Positions 35,430 to 50,400 of a stretch of DNA of 64,000 bases are shown in pieces. Made by a program: the position numbers and the translations under genes. The stretch is from IMG/VR virus record IMGVR_UViG_3300023179_000032, positions 57,983 through 121,982 of that record. One strand, 5' to 3'. Each line of letters starts with the position of its first letter. The stretch's first letter is position 1. The stretch comes from a virus. The notes under the pieces were generated by a model, which did no database searches, was not told where the DNA came from, and saw only the letters and a list, made by a program, of their open reading frames with translations.

Positions 35430-38400
35430 ATGAGCACAAATATTAGATTTAAACGTAGTGATATACCTGGCAAAGTACCATCACTAGATAGCATTGACCT
35501 AGGCGAAATTGCATTAAACACAGCAGATGGTAAACTTTTTACAAAACAAGAAATTAAACAACCAGATGGATTTGCTGCTATCCAGAAGATCATCGAGATC
35601 GGCGCTACTGAAGTACCTAATGTACTTTATGTGGCCAAGAATGGTGACGACAGCAACAGCGGAAAGACCTTGGGTCAAGCTTTTTTGACACTAAAGAAGG
35701 CGCTGAGCATAGCGACTCCTGGCACAACTATTTTCTTAAAGAGTGGGGAGTATATTGAAGATAACCCATTACGTGTTCCAGCTCGTGTGTCAGTTGTTGG
35801 TGACAACCTGCGTAACACCACAGTTCGTCCCAAGAACCCAACCAAGGATATCTTCTGGGTATACAACGGTGCTTATATCTTCTGTATGAACTTTAAGGGT
35901 CATATTGCGCCAAGTGCTGCGGTATGTTTCCCACCAGACGGAAGTGCTGGTGAAATCGTAACATCACCATACACACAGGCTGTTACAAGTATTACAACTA
36001 CTGGTACAGGTATGCGTGTTGACGGTGCATTGACCACAGGCCTACGTTCAATGGTTTGTGATGCGTTTACACAGTACAACCAAGGTGGTATTGGTATTCA
36101 CATGTTGAACAGAGGTAATACACAGTTAGTGTCCATCTTTACAATTTGCTGTGACATCAGCTTTATGTGTGAAAACGGTGGTTTCTGTTCAGTTAACTTG
36201 TCAAACAGCTCATTTGGTAACTACGGTCTGGTAAGTCGTGGCGCCAGTGATCCATTATATCGTGGTGTTGTTAAGAAGTCAGCTGGTCGTCAGATCACAT
36301 TTAAGAATTTAGCACGTCGTCCAAACATTGGTGATGGTGTACTTTTTGCCGATTACAACCAAAAAACCTGTGACAGAGACAACGGACTTATTGTAGATAG
36401 TTTAGCCTTTGACCTACTATATGAAGGTACTACACAAAGTACATTCAGTGGCCTACGTTATTGGGCCAAAGATGGTATTACAATAGGTATTGAACAACAA
36501 GAACAGACAGCAGCAGCTATCAAACGTGCTCAGACAGTGGCTAGGTCTGTTATTACTGATACATCATTTACAAGTGCTGGTAATAGTGTTAGTCAAGTAA
36601 GAGCTAATGCTTTAGGTATTAGTACAGCTTCAGTTGGTGGCAAAACTTTCTTAGAGCGTGTTGATACCGCTAAGAGATTAGCCACAGAAGGCTTTGACAT
36701 CATCAGCAGAATCGTAGCAACAGGACCAAAGAGTCCAGCTCTAATTATTGGTCCTGATCTTGATGCAGCAGAACCAGAATACAAAATACTTAGAGAACAG
36801 GTATTAGATAGAAAGAGTCAAATTGTTGATGAAACAATTGCTTTCTTAAAGACTAATTTCTCAACAGTAGCCTATGTAACAAGCAAGTGCAAGAGAGACA
36901 TTGATTTAATTATCGAAGCAGTTGTTGAAGATATGATCTTTGGCACAAATTATAAGACAATTAAAGCAGCAATAAGTTATTTGAAAGCAGTAGCAGACAC
37001 ATATACTGTTCCAGATGAACAGAGAACAGCTACTATTGAAGCCTATAAGTTTGCAAGAGACAAAATTGTTCCTTTAGTGCAAGAAAATGATACACTATTA
37101 GCAAGAGTACAAAATAGTTTTACTATTATTACAACAGCTCTAGCCAACGGCGGTAAGGCCTACATTGAAGGTTTATTAGACCCAACAGCGGGAACATATG
37201 CTCTAACATTCCCAGCGCAACAAGATACAGATCCAGATGTATTAAACTTGGTTAAGAACTTACAGAAAAACAAGAAGTTTGTTGTTGCTGAAGTAATTGA
37301 CTATATTAATAAGAACTGGCCAACAGTGGTAGCATATGATTATGACACAAATGTTTGTGGTCGTGATATTGGTTATGCCATTGATGCTGCCTGCTATGAT
37401 CTAGTATATGGTGGAAATAGTCAAACATTAGATGCAGCTAGAAGATATTTTAACTATGCAAGTGGCCTAAGTCAACTTAAGAGCAGCGAAGAAGTACCAG
37501 CAACAATTGATGCCTTTGGACGTGCTCAGTTACTAAGCCAGCGTGTAGTTATTTTAGATAAAATTGAAGGTACACAACCTGTTCCACAGGTATTCAAAGA
37601 AGGCAGTGTTGATCTAGTGCCTACAACTCAAACACAGGTCAACAGATTAGGTGGACTATTCAGTATCTTCTTAAAGCAATTAGAAACAGAAATTGTTGGC
37701 ACCAGTGATTTCATTCAGCCAAATGGTAGTCGTCTAAATGATTCAGGTTTAGAAAACGCATTTGATCTATTACAGGCCAACAAACAATTTATTAAGAATG
37801 ATGTTATAAATTATCTAGCAGTTGCATATCCTGGCTTTGATTATGACAAAGTCAAATGTGCTCGTGATGTTGGCTATATCATTGACAGTATTTGTTTTGA
37901 TATTGTACACGGTGGTAATCGTCAGGCTGTAACAGCTGGCATTTATTACTTTGATTTCAACGAAGACAAAAATGTTTTAACCAGTATAGTACCAAAGCAG
38001 ATCAAACAAACTGTAAATGCCTACAAGTATATGAAGGAATTACTACGTGATGTGTTGACCTGTAGCCCAACTCCAAATCCTTGGCAAGGCGCTGTTCCAC
38101 AAATTACAAATTTGCCAGCAGCCACAGGCAGTGAAGTTGTAGCAGTCGGTAACTTAATTGACATTATTAATGAGATTCTACAAGAAGGTCCAAACAATAC
38201 AGAAGATAGTATTCAAAGACTCAAGCAGCCAATCGGCTTAATAGCCAGTACAGATGTTAACAAGCAACGTGCCTTTAACTTATTAATGGCTAATCGTCAA
38301 TTCATCCGTGCTGAAATGATTGCTTATATCAATCAAAACTGGTTTACAATTAGTGATGGTGATACACAGTTTGCTCGTGTTAATACAGCAACAGACCTAA

Positions 38401-41400
38401 CATTAGGTACAACTACAACAGGTTATCCAACTGTAACATATCAGCCAAGTCTTTATAAGTCAATCCGTGATGCAGTATTAGCAGCCAAGGAAGATATTAA
38501 GACAGAAACAATTAAGTTTATGGCTAATAGCTTCTTTGACAACTTTAGCTTTAACAAGCCAAAGTGCTACAGAGACGTTGGTTTAATCTTAGATGCTATT
38601 TTAAGTGATATGATCTTTGGCAGTAACTATAAGACAATTACCGCAGCTATCAGTTACCTACGTGCATATGCCAGTGAAGTAGTTGGCGCACAAAAAGTAC
38701 AGACAGTGGCCAGCTTAAAAGCTGCAAAAGATATTACACTAAAGAGAATCGTTGCTCCAAGTGCTAAAGAAGAAATCAGTACAAGATTTGATATTGTTAT
38801 TGATATTTTAGACGGTGCAAGAGTTAATGAAGATGGTGATATTATCACAAATGCAATTATTGATGGAGTAAGCTATAGCGCAAACAGTGGTTACAGCGTA
38901 TCAACAAGTTCTGTTGGCATAGATAACGGTGCATTAAACTATCCAATTCCTGTAAGAAACAGCGAAGAAGATATTGATCGTTACACAGCAGTAGAAATTC
39001 TACGTAAGAACATTAACTTTATCAAGGATGAAGTCGCCAGCTTTATTGATGCAAACTTCACATTGAATGAATTTGACAGAGAAAAGTGTGCTCGTGACGT
39101 TGGTCTAATTGTTGATGCTATTGGTTACGACTTGATGTTCCTAAGTAACTTCCGTAGTATCAGTGCTGGTCGTGCTTACTTAAGAGCTAACAGTGCTAAG
39201 GTAACAGGAAGTCAAAAATTAGCCACATTAGGTTCATTCAAGCACCTTAAGAAACTAGCAGTAGAGATTGTTAAAGGTAATAACCTAGCTGTTAACAGTG
39301 TAGAACGCAGCATGGATATTATTTTAGACATACTAGACAAAGGTCCAGAAGCAACACCTAAATATGTTATTCCATTCCCAGCTACAGGTCGTAATATTGA
39401 GTTCAAGCGTGCTCGTGATCTAGTAGAAAAGAATAGAGATTTTATTATTGATGATGTTGTTACATATGTTAACACACCAGGACTGGTAATTATGCCAGCT
39501 CCAGTTGAATACAAGTTTAAACAAAATCAAGTAACTAACGGTATTACAACTAAACTATTTGAAACAGATGGTCAATTTGTTATTCAATATCCAGGTGCAT
39601 TACCTAATTTCTTACTAGCTCCAGGTGATCTAGTTCGTGTAAGTGGTAAATTATTCGGTACAAGCTCAATTGAAGGTTACTCAAGTGGCAATACTTACAA
39701 AGTGGCCACAGTTACAAACAATGGTGCTGCTACTACAACAACTGAATTCAAATTAGTTAATTTAGATGGTAGCGCACTAGTAGTGTTTGGTGGTACAACT
39801 GGTAAAACAGACACAATGCGTTTTGAGAAAGTTAGTGCTGCTGCTTATGCTCAACCAACAGGATTTGATGTTGCCAAATGCCGTCGTGATTTAGAACTAA
39901 TTTTAGATGCTATTTTCTATGACACCACATATGGCGGAACAATGGAATCTGAAGTTGCTGGTAAGAGCTATGTAGCAGGTGTACTAAGTCAGTTAGATCC
40001 ACTTAATAATCAAAGTGATGAAGTGTCAGCTACTCTAAGAGCTTATGAATATTTGAGACAAATTATTGGTGCAGTTGCTCAAGACGTAGTTTGGACACCA
40101 ACAGTTGGTAATACAACTTTACAGGTACGCAGTCCAAATGGTAGTGATGGTAGTTTAGAAGCCAGTCTTGACATGCAAACCTGTGTTAGCTTAATTCTCA
40201 AACTTATTGATGATGCAAATGATGAAAACTTAACAACATCATTATACACAATTAGTTCAGCACCTGATCTAGGTTGGGTTGATCCAGCTCTAGTTCAAGT
40301 ACATAAAGCTCTACAGGCTGCTAAGGAAAAAACAAAAGAAGCAGTTACAGATTTTGTAGATGAGAATTATGTATTATTTGGTTATGATAGAGGAAAATGT
40401 AGAAGAGACGTTGAGCTAGTAGTTGAAGCTGTACGTTATGATCTATTACTCAATAGCAACTTCCGTAGTATTGTAGCTGGTAGAAGCTATTATAGACAAA
40501 TGGCCAGTGTAGTAGTTAAGGATCAGAAGTCAGCAACATTAGCCAGCTTCCAACACTTAAAAGAAAAACTACTTGAAATCGTTAAGCCAGTTAATCCAGA
40601 AAACCCAACTACAGCTGAAGCACAAAGTGTACAGCGTGTAACACGTAGTATGGATATTATTCTCAAGATTCTAGAGAATGGTTTAACAGCAGAGCCTACA
40701 TTTATTCTAACAACACCAACAGGTGGTACAGGAAATGCATATGCGACAGCTGCTCGTTTAACTCTTGCTAGTGATATCGAAATAAATCGCACAGCTATTG
40801 AAAATGATTTGATTAGTTGGATCAATGCTAACAAATTAACTTACGGTAACCCAAGCTATGATGAAAATGCTTGTCGTCGTGATATTGAATATATTTTAGA
40901 TGCACTACGCTATGACTTAATTTATGGTGGTGACTTAGAAACTCGTAATGCAGCAAAGGCTTATTATGCTGCTACTGATGATGATATCCCAACAGCATTA
41001 GGTACAGGTGAACAAAGTTTAACTCTAGCTGCATACGATCAGTTAAAGACAATTATTGATAATTATTCTGCTGCTAGTGTTACACCATCAAGTGCGCTAA
41101 TTGACAAGATCATATACTACATTACTAATGGTGCATTTGCAGCCATAGAAGTACCTCCAGATGTAAATTGGGTAGAGAGTGGAGTCAAACTATTTGGTGA
41201 CAAGTTAGCATTAAGAAGTACAATTAATAGTTTAAGAAAAAATGTAACAGATTTTGTAGATATTAATTTTGCCTATAACGAAGCCAAGTGCCGTCGTGAT
41301 GTAGGATTCTTAATTGATGCAATGTGTTATGATCTGTTATACGGCGGTAATGTAGATACAACACAGGCAGCAACAAGTTATTACGATGGTGCTGTTACTC

Positions 41401-44400
41401 CTAAGTCAATAATTCCTAAGCAGATTATTCAAACTGTAGCTGCTTATGAAAGACTAAAAGAAGTGTTAGATCAGGTAGTACAATTAAAAGATGTAAGACC
41501 AAGCGGTAATCAATTTGCTGCTAGAGATAGAGTAAATTCTAGCTTTGATCTAATCATCAAATTGCTACAAGATGGTATAAGCTTTACTCCAAAGAGACCA
41601 TTCTTAATGCCAGCTCCAACAAGTGGATCTGACACAGCATTTAGTGCTAATTATGCTGATGCAGTTAAGCAGGTACAAGGTAACAGAGCTTTCCTAATTG
41701 CAGAAACTACAGCGTTTATCCAAACAACTTATCCAACTTTAGAATATAATCGTGATAAGTGTGAAAGAGATGTAAGCTATTTGATTGATGCTGTTTTATA
41801 TGATTTAACATATGGTGGCAACAGTGCAAGTCATTTAGCTGGTAAGGCCTATTATGAAGGTAATTGGGATCCAACATCAACCACTACTGGTCCTGCTAGT
41901 TTAGATGGTGAATTAACAGAAAGTATTGCAGCCTACAATTACTTAGGTGATTTATTATTAGTTGTAGCTCAAGGTCAAAGTTATGCCAATGCTGCTAGAT
42001 CAACCAAGCAAAATGCAGTAGTACAGAAAACAGGTACAGGTGGAAGCTTAGCAGCAGGTCAGAAGGCTCAATCATTAATTAAAGATGTTGTAGTTAAAAT
42101 AATTGATGGTAATGCTAATGCTGATCCAACAACTTTAGATCCACCAGGTACAAGTTGGGTTGATAGTAAACTTGTTGCATTAAATAGTGCTATTAATCTT
42201 GCTGCTTTTAGAACAGCAGTTAAGGCTGAAGTTAATACACTATTAACAACCAAGTTTGATATTGGCTATGCTGACACACAGAAAACACAATGTGAAGCAG
42301 ATATTGATGATGTTATTGATGCAGTACGTTATGACGTAATGTTCGGCAGCAACTATCGTAGCCAGTTAGCTGGTAATGCTTACTATCGTGGATTTACTGG
42401 TCTAGCAGATGTAATAGCCTCAGGTGATAGAGTAATTACTGGTACAGTTACAGCTGGTAGTTTTGTGGCAGGTAAAAAGTATAAGATTGTTAATTTAGGT
42501 ACAACAACAGACTGGAATACTGCTGCTGGTACAACTGGTGTCACATATGTAGTAGGTGATACATTCACAGCCGCAGTTGCAGGTACAGGTGATGGAACAG
42601 TAAACCTAGTAGTAAGTGGTCAAAAAGACGCCAGCGTTGCTACATTTGAACTAGTAAGAGATGCTGTATTAGAAAAAGTAGCTTTATATACAACTGAACA
42701 GGTTAAGACTGGTGCAGCTGGTAGTGCTGCTGCTGGTGATAAAGCTGGTGATCTAATTCAGGTTGTTATTGATTTTATTGATGACACTCTAACAGATCCA
42801 ACAGAAACACTAGCACCTACAGATTGGGTTGATGCAGATTTAGTAGCACTAAGCACAGTTCTTGCTAATAGCAAAACAGGTGCAAACAGTGTAGCTAATA
42901 TTCCACTTGAAATCACAAATTATCTAAATGATAGATTTGAAGGCGCATTAACTTATAGCGTAACTGATTGCCAAGAAGATATCCGTAGTATTACTGATGC
43001 TGTACGTTTTGATATGATGTTTGATAGTAATTTCAGAACAATCAGTGCTGCTCGTGCATATTTCCGTGCTCAGGCTAGTAAGGTAGTTGGTGAACAGAAG
43101 TTTGCAACATTAGAAGCTTTCAGACTATTGAAAGAAAAACTAAGCGTACTAGTAAACACTAGTGCTGTTGCTGTAGAGCGTGTACAGGCCAAGATGGATC
43201 TATTGATCAACATTGTTGATAAAGGTGAGTCAGCTATTCCTGCTTATGTATTATCAAGCCCAACAGGCTACAATACAACAAGAGCAGGAACAGTAAGTTT
43301 TGGCTATGCTCGTAACCTAATTGAAAGCAATAGAGAGTTTATCAAGTCAGAAATTCTAAAGTATATTAGAACTAATCCTGCCCTTGCAGGTCTTGACTTT
43401 GTAGAAAGCAAGTGTGTAAGAGACATGGATCTATTACTTGATGCTGTATATTATGACATGACCTATGGTGGTAACATGGAAAGTGTTATTGCTGGTGGTG
43501 CATATTACAGAGGAAGCCGTGCAGGTGATTTAGGTGCTGGACAAAACCCAACAATCACAGGTGACGATGTTACAGCCACAATTGCAGCATTTGGTCACTT
43601 AAGAGATATTATCAAGCTAATTGCTCAAGGTAAGGATGTTAGTGATCTACAGGTTATATTCCCACAGGTATTAGGTGATCCAGGTAGTATAGCAGCAGCA
43701 AGTACTTCTAAGAACCTAATATTAACTATTAGAAACCTAATTAGACAAGGTTATATTTGGAAAGGCAAGTGGATCACAGCCACAGCCTATAAGGCCAATG
43801 ATCTTGTAATGTGGGAAGGTTATTTCTGGTTAGCTACTCAGGCAAGTTCAAGTCAGAACCCATTTGTTGGTAGTTCTTACTGGAAGAAGCAGTTACCAAT
43901 AGAACCAGATACATCTTGGGTACCTGATAATGTAAGATTAGCCAGTAACTTAATTGAGCTAATGAAAACATCAGACGATGCTTCAGGCGGTTATGGTGGT
44001 AGAACAGCTATTACAGCCCAAATTACTGAGTGGATTAGATTACAGTTGGATGCAGCTCGTTTCAACGCAGCTCCAGCAGCAATTGCTAATCCAGGTTCTG
44101 GTCCTCTACTAGACTTTGTTTCTGGTAAGGGTGCTAACTATATCAGTTCTGTTGGTACTTGGACAGATTGGTTTGTAGTAATCCCAGTAACATCCATGGT
44201 ACAGAACATGACCTATAAGATTGCTAATAGAGGTACAAATGGTACATTCCCAGCCTCATCAGGAAATAACAGTGCAGTGGGTGATGAGTTTGTGGCAAGT
44301 GGAGCAGGTACAGGTGATGGAACAGTAGTAAGAGTTCTATCTGCTTCTGATATGGTAGCTGGTCGTAGATATAAGATCAAGGCAGTAGGTACAACTACAC

Positions 44401-47400
44401 CTTGGTTGTCATTGGCGACTGAAACAATTAGTTCAGCAGTTAACTCTACATTCATTAAGAATACTGTAACAGGCTCAGGTGATGGTACAGTTTATGAAAT
44501 GTTCACATATGATATCGACAAGTGCGAACGTGATGTACTCTATATCTTAGATGCAGTACGTTATGACATGATGTTTGATTCAAGATTTAGAACAGCTACA
44601 GCAGCTCGCAGCTACTGGAGACAACAGAGTAATCTAGCTCTTGCTTCAGGATCTACAAATAACAGTATATATCCACAAAAAGTACAGAGTAAAGAACTAT
44701 TCACATTCTTGAAGAAATTGTTACGTGAACTACCAGCTAAGTATCCAAACAAGTCTTCAGCTGATAAGACTATTGATCAATTACCAGCAATTACAAGTGG
44801 CAGTGTTCCATATACTAGAATAGGTGAGTTAATGGATCTTATCCTTGATGCACTAAATGCAACAAGTTTAAGTAACCTAAATGCTACACTAAAGGCTAAG
44901 AATGTTAACATATTACCACTACCAACTGGTGGTATTAATAACAGTCGTGACCTCGGTGTACGTGCTGCTCGTGATCTAGTTGAAGCTAACAGAGCCTTTA
45001 TCAAGGCAGAAGTTATTGATTGGATTGACGAACAAAGACGTCAAGGTAAGGAAGGATTCCAAAACAATCCAGCTGGTACTTATAGTACAGACTTTGTATT
45101 TAATAGAAAAGAGTGTAGTGAAGACCTAGACTTAATTCTTGATGCAGTATACTATGATTTAACCTACGGTGGCAGTATGGAAAGTACTGTAGCAGGTATG
45201 GCCTACTATTCAGGCACAGCTCTAGCAAGCTTACCAGCAGATGAGAGAGAAGCTACTATCCGTACATATGCTTACCTAAGCGGCCTAGTATTTGACATTG
45301 CTAGAAGTACTAAAGTAACTAGCTATCAAAAGTCATTAGAGCAACTAAAAGGTACAGCAGGTAGTGTAGAAACAGCTCGTAGACTAAGTGAGTTAGTAGA
45401 TATTGTTCTTGATGTTGTTAAAGGTGGTACAAAACAGAAAGTAACAAGAGTTGATCCAGACTTCCTAGCAGGTGATGAAACACTGGCTTATGTTCGTGTT
45501 GCAGTACAAGAACAAAAGTTTGAACTACAGGCTCGTATTGCAGACTATATTGATAGCTTTATCCTACAATACAACACAGAAAAATGTGCTCGTGACGTAG
45601 GCCTAATCTTAGATGCTGCTATGTATGACATGGTATTAAACAGCAACTTCCAAAGCGTAACAGCAGGTAGTGTATACCTACAGAAGGCTGCTAATGTAGT
45701 TTATAGCACACAGATTGGCCCACAACTAGAAGCCATTAAGTTTATCCGTGATCGTGTTATTGAAATCAGTCAAAAACCTCCACTAGTTAAGAATGAGGAT
45801 GCTATTGGTCGTATAACAAACCTATTTGATGTGATGTTTGACATCATTGACAAAGGTGTTGAAGTAGCTCCACCAGTGGTAAATGTTCCACCAATTGGTG
45901 CTGCTTTCAATCCTAATGCTGTTAATGCTGCTAATAGTTTGATTGCTAATAAGGAGTTCTTGAAAGAAGAAGTAGTTGCATATGTAACTGCCAATTACAA
46001 GACTTATGATCAAAGTCGTTGTAGTCGTGACGTAGGCTTAATTATCGACGCAGCACTATATGATCTATTATTAAACACAAATTATAACAGTGTTAAAGCA
46101 GGTCTAGCATATCGTCGTGCTACAAGTAGCTTGGTTCTAACAGATCAACTACAAGAAACACTGGGTGGTATTGATTATGCCAAACAGGCAGTAGTAGAAC
46201 TACTAGATGATGCTGATGCAATCGCTAGCGTTACACGTAGCTTTGAGCTAATTTCAAGTATTATCGGCGGTGGAAGTTTACCAGAAGTGCGTACCCCAGC
46301 TCCAGGTGGTAGTGTATTTGCATTGAGTCGTCCAACAGGGTCAGTATATCGTGATCCAAAATTCAAAGTAGCAGCCGAAGCTTTATTCTCAGCTAAATCT
46401 ACTCTAGCTACAGCAGTTACAAACTGGATTGCCGCGCAGACCAATAATCAGTTAACAGGTATTACTATTGCATCGGACATATTTAGTGTAGATACACCTA
46501 GTCCAATTCTAGCTAACGGTGATAAAATTAAATTAAAAGTGACTCTAACCAATAGTACACCAGCAAATGCTGTCGCAGCAAATACTGAAGTTTATGTTAT
46601 AAACGTAACAGCGCCAGCAACCGGTAAGCAAACATTTAAAGTTAGTTTAACATCAGGCGGTGCTGCTATTACTGGAATAACTACTTTATCATATAGTAAT
46701 GGTAATCTTGAAGTAATGGGTAAAGGTACAGGAATTTGGAGTGGCTTTACTTATGATGCAGCTAAGTGTCAAGAAGATATTGGTTTTATCATCGATGCAT
46801 TACGTTATGACCTAACATACGGTGGTAATATGGAAAGTCTAGTAGCTGGTTATGCTTACTATGACGGCACTGTATTCACAAACCCAGGTGAAATTCCAGC
46901 TACAATTGCTGCTTACACATATCTAGCTGATGAGGTTAGAGCCACAGTTAACTCTGCTCTAAGCGCTCCAGCTAATACAGATGTACTACAGGCGTTAGAA
47001 GCAAGAGATCTAGTTTTAATAATTAGAAATCTATTAGATGCACGTGCCAACGGAATTCCTAGTTCAGTATTACCAAGTCAGGTATGGGTTGATCCACTAC
47101 TACAAGAAATTAATCAAACATTTATCCAAGAGAAGCCAAGACTTCAGGATGTAATTATTGATTATGTCAATAACATTGGAACTTTCACTAATAATGTTAT
47201 TCAAACACCAGCCGATTATGATACAGAAAAGTGTCAAAGAGACGTTGGTCTTGTTCTAGATGCTATTAGATATGACTTAATGTTTGGTTCAACATTCAGA
47301 ACTACTGTGGCTGCTCGCAGCTATCGTAGATCATTAGCCAGTGAGGTATCAGGTATAGGTGCACAGGCCACAGCTAATATAAGTGCGTTCAAAGAATTAA

Positions 47401-50400
47401 AAGAACGTGTATTAGGTAAGAAGCTAGTAAATGTTAGAATTTCTAGTGTGACAGGTGACTTTACTTGTGATGCACCAGTAACTGACTTATACGAGCCATT
47501 GAAGAAAAATCAACCAGTTCGTGTAAGTGGTGTGTATGCTAAGGATGGCAATGGTAATCAAGTAGCAGGAACATTACAAAACTTCAGTAATATTGCTACA
47601 CAGCCAAAGACCTACTACATTATTGGTACACCAACAACAACCAGCTTCCAATTAAGTGAGTCAGTTGATGGAGCTCCAATCACAACAACATTAGGTACAA
47701 GTGCTGCACTTTCAACATCAGGCTTAACATTTGAAATCAGACCAAGTTTAGAGTCATTAGACGAAGTTACTACACAAGGTCTATTGGATGTAGTTGAGTT
47801 AGATGCTGAAACCAGTGCAGAAGCTCTAGTAGTTGGACGTGAATATAAGATTGTAAGTAAAGGTAAGACTCTAGTACCAGCAGGTGAATTTCAAGTTGGT
47901 GGTAGATACATTATTGAATTTGGATCTGGTCAACAAGCTAACACAGACTTTACACAAATTGGCGCTGCTAATAGCCTACAAGGCACAGTGTTTGTGGCAA
48001 CTGGCACAGGAAGTGGTACTGGTACTGCTTACTACTACACAGATTATACTGAATTTGGTGCATTAAACAACAATATCGGTACAACATTTGTGGCTACAGG
48101 TACACCAACAGGTGTAACTAAAGGTAGTGGTCGTGTAAGAACTCTAAACTTCCGTGAGAGAGCAGAGCGTTTATTCGATATGTTCTTAGCTATTATCAAT
48201 AGAGATTCAGGTAATGCTACATTAACAAGCTTGGGTTATGTTGTAAATACTACTCTAGATGTTCCAGCATACAACAGTGGTACAAATAATCAACTTAATG
48301 GTGCGCTAAACAGTAGTGCCCAAACTATTACAGTTGATAGTACAGCTGGTTTCCCATCAAGTGGAACTATCAAGATCAATTTAGAATTGATTAGTTACAC
48401 TGGTGTTTCACCTACAACATTTACTGGTTGTACAAGAGGATCAAGTGGTACTACAGCAAGTGCTCATGATGATAATGCAATTGTTTATGGTCAAACATTT
48501 ACACATTATTTGATAACTCCACCAGCATTTGCTACAACAGATTATGATACAGTAGCAGAATATCAAACAGCATTGGCTGATAAAACTGCAAGAATTCTAG
48601 CAAGAGATAAGATTAATAATGCTAGACAAACTTTAGAAGATGGTCTAATTACTTGGATTGGATCACAAATTACTGATAAAAATGGTAATTTTGACAGTGC
48701 TTTTAGTACATATTGGAGTGCTAATAGTTATGCTAAACGTGACAAGTGTCGTGAGGATATCAAGTATCTCTTAGATGCTATTGCATATGACTTAACATTT
48801 GGTGGTAATCAGGAAACTCTTGTAGCAGGTAAAGCATACTATGACGGTACAAGTTTAGGTGTTGAAAAACTAGCTACAATTGATGCCTACAACTACTTTA
48901 AGACCTTAATTAGTAGTCAATTAAACTTTGATCTTGCTGGATTAGTAATTACAGGTACTGCTGGTCAGTTTACAACAACATCATCAGGCCTAAGAGTTGG
49001 TGATACAGTGGTAATTTCAGGTACGAACGCAGCTCCTGGTACTGGTACAATGACAAACGGTACTTATGTGGTAGCGTCCAAGTCAGGTACTGCATTTACA
49101 TTGACAACTGTTGCTGGCGCTGCTATAACAACTGTGGCAGGAACACCATCTGGTCAGAAGATTACTGTACAGGTTCCAGATGCATCAAACTTACTGGATC
49201 AAGTCATTAGTTTAATTGATCCTAAGATTGAAGATCCAAAATTAGTTGAAGCTGACACAAGTTGGGTTGACAGTGAACTTTATGTATTCAGTGACAAGCT
49301 CAAAGCTGCTGCTAACACAGTAGCCAAGGCCACAACTGACTATGTTAATGCTAACTTTGCAGGCTTAAGCTACAACGTGGCCACATGTCAACGTGATGTT
49401 AAATTGATTATCGACGCTGTTCGTTGGGATATGATGTTTGACAGTAACTTCCGTACTAAGGTTGCTGCTGCTAGCTACTATCGTGCTCAAGCAAGTACAG
49501 TGGTTGGACTACAAAAAGAAGCTACTGAAAAGGCATTTGGTGTTGTTAAGGTAGCACTTGATGATCTAGTTAAGAGTGACAGTGTGGCACAAACTCGTGT
49601 TGCAGCCCTAATGGATATTGTTATTAATCTGCTAGCAGCAGCAAATAAAACAGCCGCCCTAGCAACATTACCAGCAACAAAACTACCATACGGTGGCACA
49701 CCAAACGCCAGCAACATTGGATACTTAAATGCTCGTGACCGTGTTGAACGTAATAGAGACTACATCCTAGATGAAATGGGTCGTTGGTTAGATGATCAAA
49801 GTTACTCATTTACAAACTATAATAAAACAACCTGCTTGCGTGACATTGAGTTAGTACTTGATGCTGTTCGTTATGACCTAACATATGGCGGAACTATGTC
49901 TAGTGCAGAGGCTGGTCAAGCTTATTATGCAGGTGCAGTACTAGCAAATAGCAATGCAGATCATATTAATGCTACCAAAGCTGCATTTGGTCATTTGAAG
50001 GCTGTAATTGTAGCTGTGGCTAATAATACAGACTATACTGAAACAACTGGTACTATCAACGTAACACAGGTTCGTGATGCAGCCAGTGATGTACTAGCAG
50101 AAGATGCAGCTGGTGCCACACAGGCTGGTGCATGTGTTGATGTAGTTATTAGTTGGGTTGATTCAGGCAGCGGCACTGCTGCTACCCGCCCAAGTACAAA
50201 TTGGGTCGATAACAACTTAGCTCTAATTGCCAGCACAATGTATGATCGTATTACAAGTCTAGCATTACAGGTTACAGATTTTGTAGAAGCTGAATTCCCA
50301 GGCCTAATGTCAGCAGCACAGAAAACAAAATGTGCTCGTGATGTTGGTTTAATAACAGAAGCAGTACGTTGGGATATGATGTTTGCTACAAACTTCCGCA